From NCBI RefSeq assembly GCF_018350175.1, contig NC_058383.1:29204001-29268000 (forward strand): a DNA stretch of 64,000 nt, written 5' to 3'. This DNA is from Felis catus. Taxonomy: Eukaryota. Under the pieces are notes generated by a model. That model had not been told where the DNA came from. It made no database searches and saw only the letters and a list, made by a program, of their open reading frames with translations. The translations under genes and the position numbers were made by a program. Below are positions 36,288 through 46,446 of the stretch, in pieces; within the stretch, counting starts at the first letter, position 1, and each line of letters begins with the position of its first letter.

Positions 36288-37053
36288 CTCCCAGCTGTAT
36301 TTCTGATCAATCCCTCGTTAGAGCTAGAAGCTCACTTAGATTCATGTTTCGTTTGGTGTGTGTGTTTGTATGACTACTCTTCAGTGGCTGTTTAATATTT
36401 CCCTTTGAAGGCACATAACGTCTGGCTGCCCCTCTTCGCGGTGTTGGCAGTCATTGATGATGACGGTCTGGGTCGACTGGACCTTATAAGATGGTGGCAT
36501 ACCAGTTCTGTCCTTCTGTCTTCGCCCGTTAGCTGGAACACTTCCATAAAGAGAAACTTGCCCTTATCTACCGCCTGGTTACTGCCAGGTAGATATCGTT
36601 CGTACCAGAAACGACAAGGGCTTGCTTCTTTCCCTTCATTTGACAGTTTTCAAAATAATGAGTTAGTTCCTCAGTATCCTCCAACGATGACAAAGGAGCT
36701 GCTGTTTTTCTAGGTATCTTTGTGAACCCAGAGATTTCGATGCAAGTGGCATGTTTTAACCCGTTGGAGTTACTATTCCTATTGATATCAAATGGTCCCA
36801 TCTGTGGCCAGTGGGAGCCTCTTCACACTGTCCCCTGCATCCTTTCTGACGCGACCCCAGAAGTCTCTGACAGCTCCACGCGATCTGGGTGACAGGATGT
36901 TTCCAGGCTCATTGTGCACACTTCCTGCCTCACACCTGCAGTCGGCCATATTTCCACAGAGCCCTGATCTCCGGTGAGAAGTGGTGTTTAGAGACCATAA
37001 TGTGGGTGCCAGGAGTGCTGATAGCTACTGAACTGGTCGTTACTTAAAAAAAA

Positions 37054-37240
37054 ATTTTTTTTAATGTTTATTTTGAGAGAGAAAGGGAGGGAGAAAGCTC
37101 ACAAGTTGGGGAGGGGCAGAGAGAGAGGGAGAGACAGAGAAACCCAAGCCCAGTGCAGGGCTCGAACCCACAAAACCACGAGATCGTGACCTGAGCTGAA
37201 ACCAAGGGTCGGACACTTAACTAAGCCCCCCAGGCGCCCC
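37054..37240 (-). mobile_element. Can-SINE
   Basis: Antisense body ending caggcgcccc. Confidence 0.9.
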
Positions 37241-37550
37241 CATATTGACACTTCCAACTCAAATCTGGGGCTACAGGAGTTTTACTCTGTCTCTCTGATC
37301 TTACATTCACCACTCCTTTCTTTCATGACAGTGTGACAGAGCCTGCTTCTAAAAGTGGAGATCTCTTTTGGGTCTCCCCTTGAGCAGGATGCTGAAATCT
37401 TTCCCCTCAGACATGAACCCGAGCTCTCTTTGAGGAGGGTGTTTAGAGGTGGTTTGGGGGGAGCCCACGTCCAAGTCCACCAGGGGCCACGTTCTCACGG
37501 GAGATGAACGAGCTCCGTCCACCATCCCTTGTGTGTGGATCCCCTCACCT

Positions 37551-37725
37551 AGCTGCTTTCAGTCCTGCCTGCACACTTGAATCGCTTGGAGACTTACAAA
37601 AACGCCTCCCGGTCACATTTAAGTCGGAATACTTGGGGCTGGAAACCTCTGATCCATAAACCAGTCCAGGTAATTAAAAAAATAATATATTTGTTTATTT
37701 TTTAGAAAGAGAGCAGGGGAGGGGC

Positions 37726-37756
<31 letters not shown>

Positions 37757-37917
37757 ATCCCAAGCAGGATCCACACTCAGCTTGGAGCCCGACACGGGGC
37801 TCGATCTCACGACCCTGGAATCATGGCCTGAGCCAAAATCCAGGGTCAGACGCTCAAACACCTAGCCACCCCTAGTGCAGGTAATCTTAACGTGCAGCCA
37901 AGATTCAAATCACTGCT
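37551..37917. mobile_element. MER5A-like hAT element interrupted by SINE
   Basis: ctgcacacttgaatc...ggaga; caggtaat...aacgtgcagccaagatt...cactgct. Confidence 0.65.
37688..37878 (-). mobile_element. Can-SINE (Fc2-like)
   Basis: Antisense body, caggtaat on both flanks. Confidence 0.9.
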
Positions 37918-38200
37918 TTAGCTCACCCTCCTTGGCCAAAGGAAGAGAAGGAGGAAGTCAGGGGCAATGATGGAATAGTGCTGCCTTCGAAGATCATTAG
38001 CTTGGGTCTGAACCGTGGCACTCCCAGCTTCTGCCCTTGGAATCTTGCGAAGAACACCCGCCACTAGAGCTTTCTGCAGTACTCAGAATGGTCTCTATCG
38101 ATGCTGTCCAATGTGGCAGCCGCGAGCCACATTGAACTAATTGCTGATGCAACCCAGGCTGGGAATGTGTGGATTTTTAAACTTAAAAAAAAAAAAAAAG

Positions 38201-38398
38201 TTTATTTATTTTGAGAGAGAGCGCGTGTGCACGCAAGCGAGCAGGGGAGGGGTAGAGAGGAGGAGGGAGAATCTCAGGCAGGCTCCACACTCTCAGTGCA
38301 GAGCCCGACACGGGGCTCAATTTCACAAAACATGAGATCATGACCTCAGCCGAAATCAGGAGTCAGACGCTTAATCGACTAAGCCACCCGGGCGCCCC
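38201..38398 (-). mobile_element. Can-SINE (Fc2-like)
   Basis: Antisense body ending cgggcgcccc. Confidence 0.92.
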
Positions 38399-38439
38399 TA
38401 GAGATCACGTATATTAAGCTCACGGTGCACACAAGGCAT

Positions 38440-39230
38440 TCAGTAAAATGCCCGTTTATTTTCCTTGTTAACATCGGCCTGTCGCTCTTTAAAAAAACAA
38501 AACGAAACAAACTTGCCGTGCAAGTGAGCGCTCAGAAGCACCCCGCCACCGAGACGAAAAGTTCTAAGCGGTTCCACAGGACCTCCTGGAAAATATTCCT
38601 TAATTGTAGAAGTTCAATTGCAACAGGACGTTATCAGTTGCAAGGGCTGTATTTCATTACAGATCTAGCCGCAGCTCAATAAATTAAGCAATCACTCAAA
38701 ATAACATGTTGCTTTAATCCCCTCTTGGAACAATTTCAAGTTGTTTGGTTTCATATTAGCACAGCGCTTGAAAGGAGACTCACGTTGGCCTCGTTTCTTG
38801 TTCCTCAATTCATCAGCCCTTCTCCGGATAGGTCTTTGCGCGACTAGCAGGAGGGAGCCGAGCCAGAACTGCTTTTTTATCAAAACCCGGAGCGTTTCCA
38901 TCCTCTGGCCTTTATGTGTGCCACGGCTCATTCGCTAAAATTACTGGCGGGCTTATCTGCAGCGAACACAGAGACACCTCTCAGCAGCCAGTTCTGGACG
39001 TGAAAAGCAAACTTGCAGGGGCTTTTCTGTTCCCATCTTCTCCCGAGTGGTTGGTTTATAATCTCACAGCAGAATTTCATTTCTCCTAGAAACTTGGCAC
39101 CGGAGGTGTCAGCCAGGGAACATATTTGTTTGTGTAAATTAAAAGAAGAATATGTTTTGACCATATTTAAGTTCTAACTGCACTAAAGAAATAAATACTG
39201 AGCTGCACAACGCTTCTCCCTGCACGGTTC
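38440..39230. promoter_or_regulatory. Candidate conserved non-coding element or enhancer
   Basis: Unique, AT-richer block with retained CpGs and TAAT/TAATCC/forkhead-like motifs. Confidence 0.4.
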
Positions 39231-39479
39231 TGGCTCCCCTCCCCAGACTCTGCCTTTGTTTATAAAACCCAAGCTGATGAGAACTCTGAACAGGTTATCA
39301 TCCCTGAAAGCTCAGGGGCCACGTCCACCTCACCTGGGGCCACGTGGGAAGCCCGCGTACCTCACTTGGGACTTGCTTCCCCTGACGGACTGTGCCCTTG
39401 ATGGGGTGGGTGAGGGTGCGGAAACAGGCACCCCGCGCATGCGCTGTGGATGGGCACCGGACAGAGGCTGTCGGAATGA

Positions 39480-39860
39480 GAAATGCACATATGCTCTGGA
39501 CTGAGAAATCCCGCTTCTAGGAATGTATCCTAGGAGTGTACTTAGACCCGTGCCAAAGAGAGTGTATGTTATAGTGGCGAAATCCTGCCGTTAAGTGAAA
39601 TGCTGGCCGGTAGGGGACAGGTTATGTATGGTGCAATGCTAGAAGTCATTAGAAAGAATGGGGTGGGTCTGGGCTGTCACGTCTTCAAGATACATAGGAA
39701 CGCCCCCGGCTCTCTTGACGTTATGAGCAAAAAAAAAAAAAAAAAAAAAATGCACTTGAACGTGCCTTGAAAATGTATGGAGATTATGCAAACTGCATAC
39801 AGTGGCTACTTTTCAGAAAGCAAAATTAAAGAGAAATGGCCAAGGGGGTCCTTCATTTCC
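39480..39860 (+). mobile_element. Ancient L1ME-like fragment
   Basis: aaatcccgcttctaggaatgtatcct, attagaaagaatg pattern. Confidence 0.55.
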
Positions 39861-39960
39861 CACATTTTTCTCTTCTGTACTATTTTTCTTGCCATGAACA
39901 TGGTATTATTTTTACAATTTGGGGCAATGACATGACATAGTGTATTTAAAACGATGTCCA

Positions 39961-40175
39961 GGGGCGCCTGGGTGGCTCAGTCAGTTAAGCGTCAGACTTC
40001 CGCTCAGGTCATGATCTCGCAGTTTGTGAGTTCAAGTCCCACGTCGGGCTCTGCGTGGACAGCTCAGAGCGTGGAGCCTGCTTCGGATTCTGCATCTCCC
40101 TCTCTCGCTGCCCCTCCGCTGCTTGCCCTCTTTCTCTCTCTCAAGAATAAGCAAACATTAAAAAACTAAATAAGA
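39961..40175 (+). mobile_element. SINEC_Fc
   Basis: ggggcgcctgggtggctcag head, full body, atgtcca on flanks. Confidence 0.95.
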
Positions 40176-40291
40176 TAATGTCCACCCTCAGGAACAATAT
40201 AAAAGGGCAATACTCTTTGCTTACATTTCTGGCAGGCCAATGGAGTAGTGGTGGGGATCCTTGCTTCTCTGGCTTCTTAATGCAAATAATC

Positions 40292-40732
40292 TGTGGTGGG
40301 CTGCATGGTGGGTCCCAGAGAGATACCGGATACGTCTACCCTCCCAGTCACCGGAACCTATGAACATTACCTTGTGTGGCAAAAGAGGTGTTTAAGTCAA
40401 GGATCTGGAGATGAGTTTATGCTGGATTATCCAGATGAGTACTATGTGCCTCCTTAAAGAAAGAAGCAGAGACAGACACAGAGTTAGAAAGCAGGAAGAC
40501 GGAGGCAGAGATTGGAACGATGGGGCCATCGGCCGAGGACGATGGGAGCCACTAGAAGCTGGGAGAGGCAAGGTACAGATTTTCCCCTGAAGCTCCGGGG
40601 GGGGGGGGGGGGGCATGTGACCCTGCCAGACTTTGGACTCCTAGCCTCCAGGACTGTGAAAGACTCCATTTCTGTCATTGTAAGCCTCTTGGTTTGTGGT
40701 CATTTGTTACGGCAGCCCTAGGGAACTAACAC
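40292..40732 (+). mobile_element. MLT1(C/D-like) solo LTR
   Basis: ctggattatccag, ccactagaagctgggagaggcaagg, gcctccaggactgtga, ttgttacggcagccctagggaactaa. Confidence 0.88.
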
Positions 40733-40800
40733 CACGCCTGCTTTTCTAACGCCTCTAAAATGCATGAAGGAAGCCCAGAGGTATTTTAAGAAACAAGTTT

Positions 40801-41076
40801 GGGGGCGCCTGGGTGGCTCAGTAGGTTAAGTGTCTGACTCTTGATTTCGGCTCTGGTCATGCTTTCAGGGTTCATGGGTTCGAGCCCTGCGTCGGGCTCT
40901 GCGCTGGCCGTGTAGAGCCTGCTTGGGATTCTCTCTCTCTCTGCCTCCCCTGTTCATGTTCTCTCTTTCTTTCTTTCTCTCTCTCTCAAAATACATAAAT
41001 AAACTTAGAAAGAAAGAAAGAAAGAAAGAAAGAAAGGAAGGAAGGAAGGAAGGAAGGAAGGAAGGAAGGAAGGAAG

Positions 41077-41147
<71 letters not shown>

Positions 41148-41157
41148 AAAAGAAAGA
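40801..41157 (+). mobile_element. Can-SINE (Fc2-like) with (GAAA)n(GGAA)n(GAAA)n tail
   Basis: Body to about 41003, compound microsatellite 41006-41157. Confidence 0.95.
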
Positions 41158-41199
41158 CAGATTGGCTGGCCTGTGTGTTTGGGGGAAACACAAAAGATT

Positions 41200-41560
41200 C
41201 GTTCATTCACAGCACAGGTATTTCTTGAGCATGTCCTTGGTGACAGGCCCGGGTCTAGGTGCTGAGGGGACAGCGGAGAACAAAGATGCCTGACCTCCTG
41301 GAGCCGGTACACATCCCTGAGGTGGGAGGGATAGTATGTAAGATAAATGGAACATAGAGAAAGACCCGCGGGTGGTGGAGGGGGCCAAGGAGAACAAGAA
41401 AACATGGGAGGAAGACAAGTGTCCAGAAGGGGGCTGGGGCATGGGGAGGTGACACTGGAGTAGAGCCCTGAAGGTGATGTGGGCAGGAGCTGTGTGTCCA
41501 CCTGAAGGGAGAGTATCCGGCAGAGGGAAGAAGCACGGAACTTGACCCTGCCAGTGACCC
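41200..41560 (-). mobile_element. L2 3' fragment
   Basis: ttcattcac...tatttcttgagc...ctaggtgctgagggacagcggagaacaa pattern. Confidence 0.65.
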
Positions 41561-44204
41561 AGTGGTTGGACCACAACAAATAGGAATGAACTGCCCTTTC
41601 TCCCCTCAAGTTTCCTTCCCCACCTCCCTTCCTCCCACGCTTGCTGCCTGCCTACTGTGTGCCCGCAGCTGGGGGCCCAAAGATGTCCAGGGTCCCCAGG
41701 CTCAAGAGGTGGGGGGAGGGGACAGCCCTAAACAGATCACCACAAACAACATGGCAGGCATCGGAGCTTGGCCAGGATAAGCTGCCTGCCCAGCCCATGG
41801 CGGAGAGCAGGGCAGGGTGGGGAGGAGAAGTGGGTGTGTGTTGGAGGCGAGGTTGGGGAGACCGAGGCAAGCAGGAAAAGGGTGTGACTTCAAGTCCAAG
41901 GACGTAGCTCTGATCCAGTGCGAAACTAACGGTGCGTTGCGGCGGTGCCTCGAGACGTGCCTGGGGGTTGTCGTATTCTCAAGTACAGCAGGCACACCTG
42001 GGGGGGTTGAATGAGTTCCGAGGATAACCCACCCCTGTCGGTTTCACACAATCCACCAAGGGAACAGTCCCCACGTCCTGAGTGGGGATGCTCTGGGTCA
42101 CACAAACACCGGAACTGATCTGAAGTACAATCAGGGATTCGCTACTCTGGCAGCTGCGATGGAAAAAGGGCAACGCTGAGCTGCTCCCGGATCCGGGACC
42201 CGTCAGGCTCTGGGGTCAGAAATTAGCGCCGGACCCTTTCCGTCCTCCCCACCCCACCCCCTCGCTCATGTCTCCCTCTTGCAGCTTATTAACCTCAGTC
42301 TCTGAGATCGCGGGTGTCTCTGGACGCCAGAGAGTGGGGATGAGGCAACTTTCCCTCCAGGTCCAGGTAGGACGAGCCTTGTCTGGCCTTGCTAGGGTCC
42401 CATGACCCCACGCGGACCGCTTGTGGTCGGGCACAGAAGTGGGCGGCCGTGATTGGCCATATTTGGTCACGTGCCCATGTTTGGCCCAATTACTATAGCT
42501 GAAGGATGGGTGACGGCCACCTTCGGCCATATTTGCACATGGCGTCCGGTCTGTTGGCAGAAGGCGGGAAGCAGGTGCTTGCAGAAAACAAAAAATAAAA
42601 AACAACCCCCCCCTCCCCCCCACGAAACACAAGACCCACAAATAACAATAACAACAACAACAAGAACCCAGAGGCACCCAACCCCTCCGGAGACATCTGC
42701 TGGCTGTGCTGCTTCTACCTTGACTCTGCCGAGAATTGCCGCAATCCTGGGCCAGACGCTTTGAGATCCACTCCTCTGTCCCCCAGCCCCAAAGCTGCCT
42801 GCGGGATTTACTCAGACCTGGCGTAGTTCTTTTTGGCTACTGCCATTATGTTACTCTGATCAAATTAAAAAAAAAATTTTTTTTTTTCACCTTTGGTTTG
42901 CGATGGCCTCTCCTGCCCCTATAGGTCTGCCCCTGTGTTGAGCGGGGCATTGCTTGACCCACAGGTGAAGGTGTAGGTGGAGAACGGAGTGCGTGGGTGA
43001 ATGTTCACTTACTGCACATGCCACCGTAGGAGGTGCAAGGTCCTTAGCTGTTCTTTCTTCAAGGAGTCCCTCTCTCGTCCCCTGGACCCCTTCCCAGCCG
43101 TGTCGTATGCCCTCCGTGACAGGGCCCTGGTGGCATGAGGGCCTCGCTGGGCATCATCCAAACACACACTTGGGGGCTTCGAGTCTCTCGCGGTCTTGAG
43201 TAAAGCTGATACGTTCCTAGGTTGAGACGCGAGCGCGGGAAATCCGGTTCATTTGATTGGTGGAGCTCTTTGGAGCTGAGAGCGTTTGGGGCGCCATGAT
43301 GGGTCGCCGGTGTCCGCCATGGCCACCTACCTCGAAAGGGCATCCCGGGTCCTGCCGCTGCGCTGGACTGTTTGCTAACCAGGGGGCCTCTGTTCTTCAG
43401 CCTGAAGCCCCGTGACCCGCTGTGAGATCAGGGGACACTCAGGGTCCAGGACAAAATGGCATGGCTTAAATAAAACAACTGCAGGCTCTTAGGGAGGAAG
43501 GCTTAAGGCCAATGGCTGATTCTTTTTTTTTAAGTACTCATAACCCACAAGTCAACTGGGGTCATCTTATTTTTGGAGATTCCAATGGAATAGGCTTGAA
43601 CTCTGTCCCACGTGCCACTGTCTCCCACATGGGAGACCCAACTTTCCTTGGAAACGTCCCAAGCCTTGGAGGTGAGGGGTGCTTAGGTCTCTCCTAGGCA
43701 CCAAGGCTCTAACTTCCCGTGTCTGATGAACTCGTTCTGCCTGGGCACCCTTTTCGCTGGCCTCCTGGGGACGTGACACGGACGGTTGCACAAGGCCTAT
43801 GTTTGCTTTAATGCTCCGATGTTGTCATCTTGAACTCCTTAATACTTTGTGAACCAAGGGCTCCACATTTTCCCTGTGCCAACTATGTAGCCAGTCCTGA
43901 TTTTCTCAGGAGCTGTTTCCTTTCCACCCCACGTCGATCCACTCGGGACCGTGCCCCAGTTCGCCCATTCTCCCCACTTCCGTCCACACAAGGATGTGGG
44001 TGTAGGAGGCTCTGTTGGTCTGGGACAAAAGACAAGCGCCGACCTCTCAGCCAAGGGAGCAACCTCAAGTCAGCGCTTGAATTGGCTTTGGAACTCTTCA
44101 GAGAGTCACGGGGCGGGGGTGTGGGGGGCAGGACGGGAGGCAGATGAATCAGAACTGGCGAAGGTTGGTACTTGGTGGCCCTGGATGGTGGGCCCGGGGT
44201 GCTC

Positions 44205-44690
44205 CTAACAGCATTTTCCCTCCTTTGAGTATATACTCCTTAAAAGGCTAACCACGCATCTTCCACATAACCTGGAAAATGCCACCTGTAGGTATAACGC
44301 AGAAGAGAAGTGACCGTGACAGGGCACACCCACGCACGTGTGGAAAGCTGCGTTATCCCTAACAGCCAAAACGTATGAACGATCCAGATGCCCGTCACCT
44401 GGCAGGTGGGTGAATAAAACGTGGACAGCACTGGGCCACAAAAAGGAATGAAGTGCTGCCACGTGCTGCCGCGTGGACGGACCTTGAGAGCGCGATGCTA
44501 AACGAAAGAAGCCAGTCGCAAAGCGTCACGCCGCGTGTGATTGATAGGAAATGTCCAGAACAGGCGCATCGACAGAGAAGAAAGCACACGAGTGATTGCT
44601 CAGGATGCCGGGGGTGGGGTGGCGGGGGGTGGGGTGGGGGTGGTGGCAGATGCTAAATTTTTGGGTGGTAAGAAGGAACTCTCTCTCTCC
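44205..44690 (+). mobile_element. L1MB-like fragment, strongly GC-shifted
   Basis: aacagccaaaa, aaaaaggaatgaagtgctg, gaaagaagccag, gaaatgtccagaacaggc. Confidence 0.8.
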
Positions 44691-45154
44691 TGCACCCTCT
44701 CCCTGCGCACGCACAAGTGGCCGTCTTCCTTTCAGTCACCTTCTCGTGCCTTAAGATGTTTTTCATTCTATTTCCCAGTCGTACAGACTTCAGAAAACGA
44801 TCTTCTCTGAGGAGAAGTTCCTTCCACAGCCACAGTGCCCCGCTGAGGTGTCTTTCTAAAACTCTAACACTTTCCTCTTCAAAAGTTCCCCAGTCACAGC
44901 TACTAAAATCACAATTTTAAAAGCACCCCCCCCCCCGTGTTCTGTTATGGCAGTCACTAATAATTCCTAGCAGTTGTAAATTCCAAGAGCTTTGTGATTC
45001 CCTCAAGAAACGAGAGGCCGACCCAGTCTCTCCAGAGCCAGGGGTCTCTGACCGAAAACGTAACTCTTAGTAGCGGCACAGGTAGGGAGAGAGGGTGGGA
45101 AAGAAATGTTGCCAGGGCCGAACCCGAAGGCAGGTTTCGAGTCTGAAACAGACA

Positions 45155-45368
45155 CGGGCCGATCGCAGCCTGTGGACCAATTCAGCTCATGTCTGTTTTT
45201 GTAAATGAAGTTTTATTGGAACACCCAGCCATGTCTGTTCTGTATCGTCCGTGTCTGGTTTTTTTGTCCTAATGGCTGAGTGGAGTAGCTGGGACACAGA
45301 CCACGAGGCCTGCAAAGCTGAAAATATTTAGTGTCTGGCCCTTTAGAGACAAAGTTTGCGGGTCCCGG
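45155..45368 (-). mobile_element. MER58A-like hAT-Charlie element
   Basis: tttgtaaatgaagttttattggaacac...gcctgcaaagctgaaaatattta...tggccctttaga. Confidence 0.85.
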
Positions 45369-45696
45369 GGATGGGAGAGCCAGGCTTGAACCCCAGCTCA
45401 TCACCTGCTGGGTGTGTGACCTCGGACAGGTCAGTTCCTCTAAGCATTTCCTCATCGGCAAGCTGTGGACAGTTGTGCCTCCTTTTCATGTTGCTTGGGC
45501 AACTAAAATGACTTCATATGTGTAAAGCGCCTCGTATATATAAAGCCCATATACATGGGTGGTTATGTTATTTAGAAAAGGAAGCTGCTAACTCCTCCTT
45601 TACAGGGTTATCTGCAGCAATGGAGATAATGCCTGTGAAAACAGTTGGCGAAAACATGTTTATCATTGTCATAAATATCTTAAAGGCTTTTGAGAT

Positions 45697-45913
45697 GCGT
45701 CTGGGTGGCTCCGTCGGTTAAGCGTCGGACTTGGGCTCAGGTCATGATCTCACGGTTGGTGAGTTTGAGCCCGGCGTCGGGCTCTGTGCTGACAGATCGG
45801 AGCCCAGAGCCTGCTTCGGATCCTGTGTCTCCCTCTCTGACCCTCCCCTGCTCGCTTGCTCGCTCGCTCGCTCTCTCTCTCAAAAATAAATAAATACTGA
45901 AAAAAAAAAAAAA
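45697..45913 (+). mobile_element. SINEC_Fc
   Basis: Body plus A-tail; near-TSD aaaggSttttgagatg. Confidence 0.94.
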
Positions 45914-46387
45914 ACCATTTTAAAAAGGGTTTTGAGATGATTCCTTGCTTCTTAGTAATATTTATAATTTGAGCTTTGAGGGTATAAAAGACCTGTAATA
46001 ACAGAGGAAAAAGGACCTTTAATCCACACATCCAAACCCTCTCATTTAACAATCCAGGAAACGGTGCCCCCTGGTCCCCAGCTGGGACTTGAACCTGCCC
46101 AGAACTAGAACCTGAGTATTTTTTTCAACTGAACTCTGCGTCTTCCCCAGTAACAGATGCTCAGGAGCCCAGGCCCCCCGCGTGTCTCTAAATATTTGTG
46201 CCGTGGCTGAGCTCCCCACCAGAAGCTGTTGAAGGCGCTCTGCTACAGAGCGTTGGCACACGGGTTTGGGACGGGGAGGGGAGCAACCAGAAGCACATCC
46301 GCACCCCCTTCAGGGGCCGTCAGGGCTGGCCCCGCACCACCCACGACCTGCTTTCCTGGAAGGTGTCATTTAAATAGGTTTGGATCA

Positions 46388-46446
46388 GGGGCACCTGGGT
46401 GGCTCAGGCAGTCAATTTTCTGACTTCGGCTCGGGTCATAATCTTG
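46388..46446 (+). mobile_element. Can-SINE head-only fragment
   Basis: ggggcacctgggtggctcag...gacttcggctcgggtcataatct then match stops. Confidence 0.8.

Larger units (their letters stand above)
35490..37330 (-). mobile_element. L1MC-like ancient LINE fragment with two SINE insertions
   Basis: atactttgaagca, aaatcaggaccca, tgttgaaacaactggg, ggccagtgggagcctcttca, tttagagaccataatgtgggtgc. Confidence 0.8.

Noticed and set aside
39515..39523. TTCTAGGAA STAT/BCL6-like site
   Set aside because: Single site inside a decayed L1, where this string is a common consensus feature.
39961..40050. tRNA-like A/B boxes (TGGCTCAG...GTTCRAG)
   Set aside because: These are tRNA-derived SINE heads, not tRNA genes.
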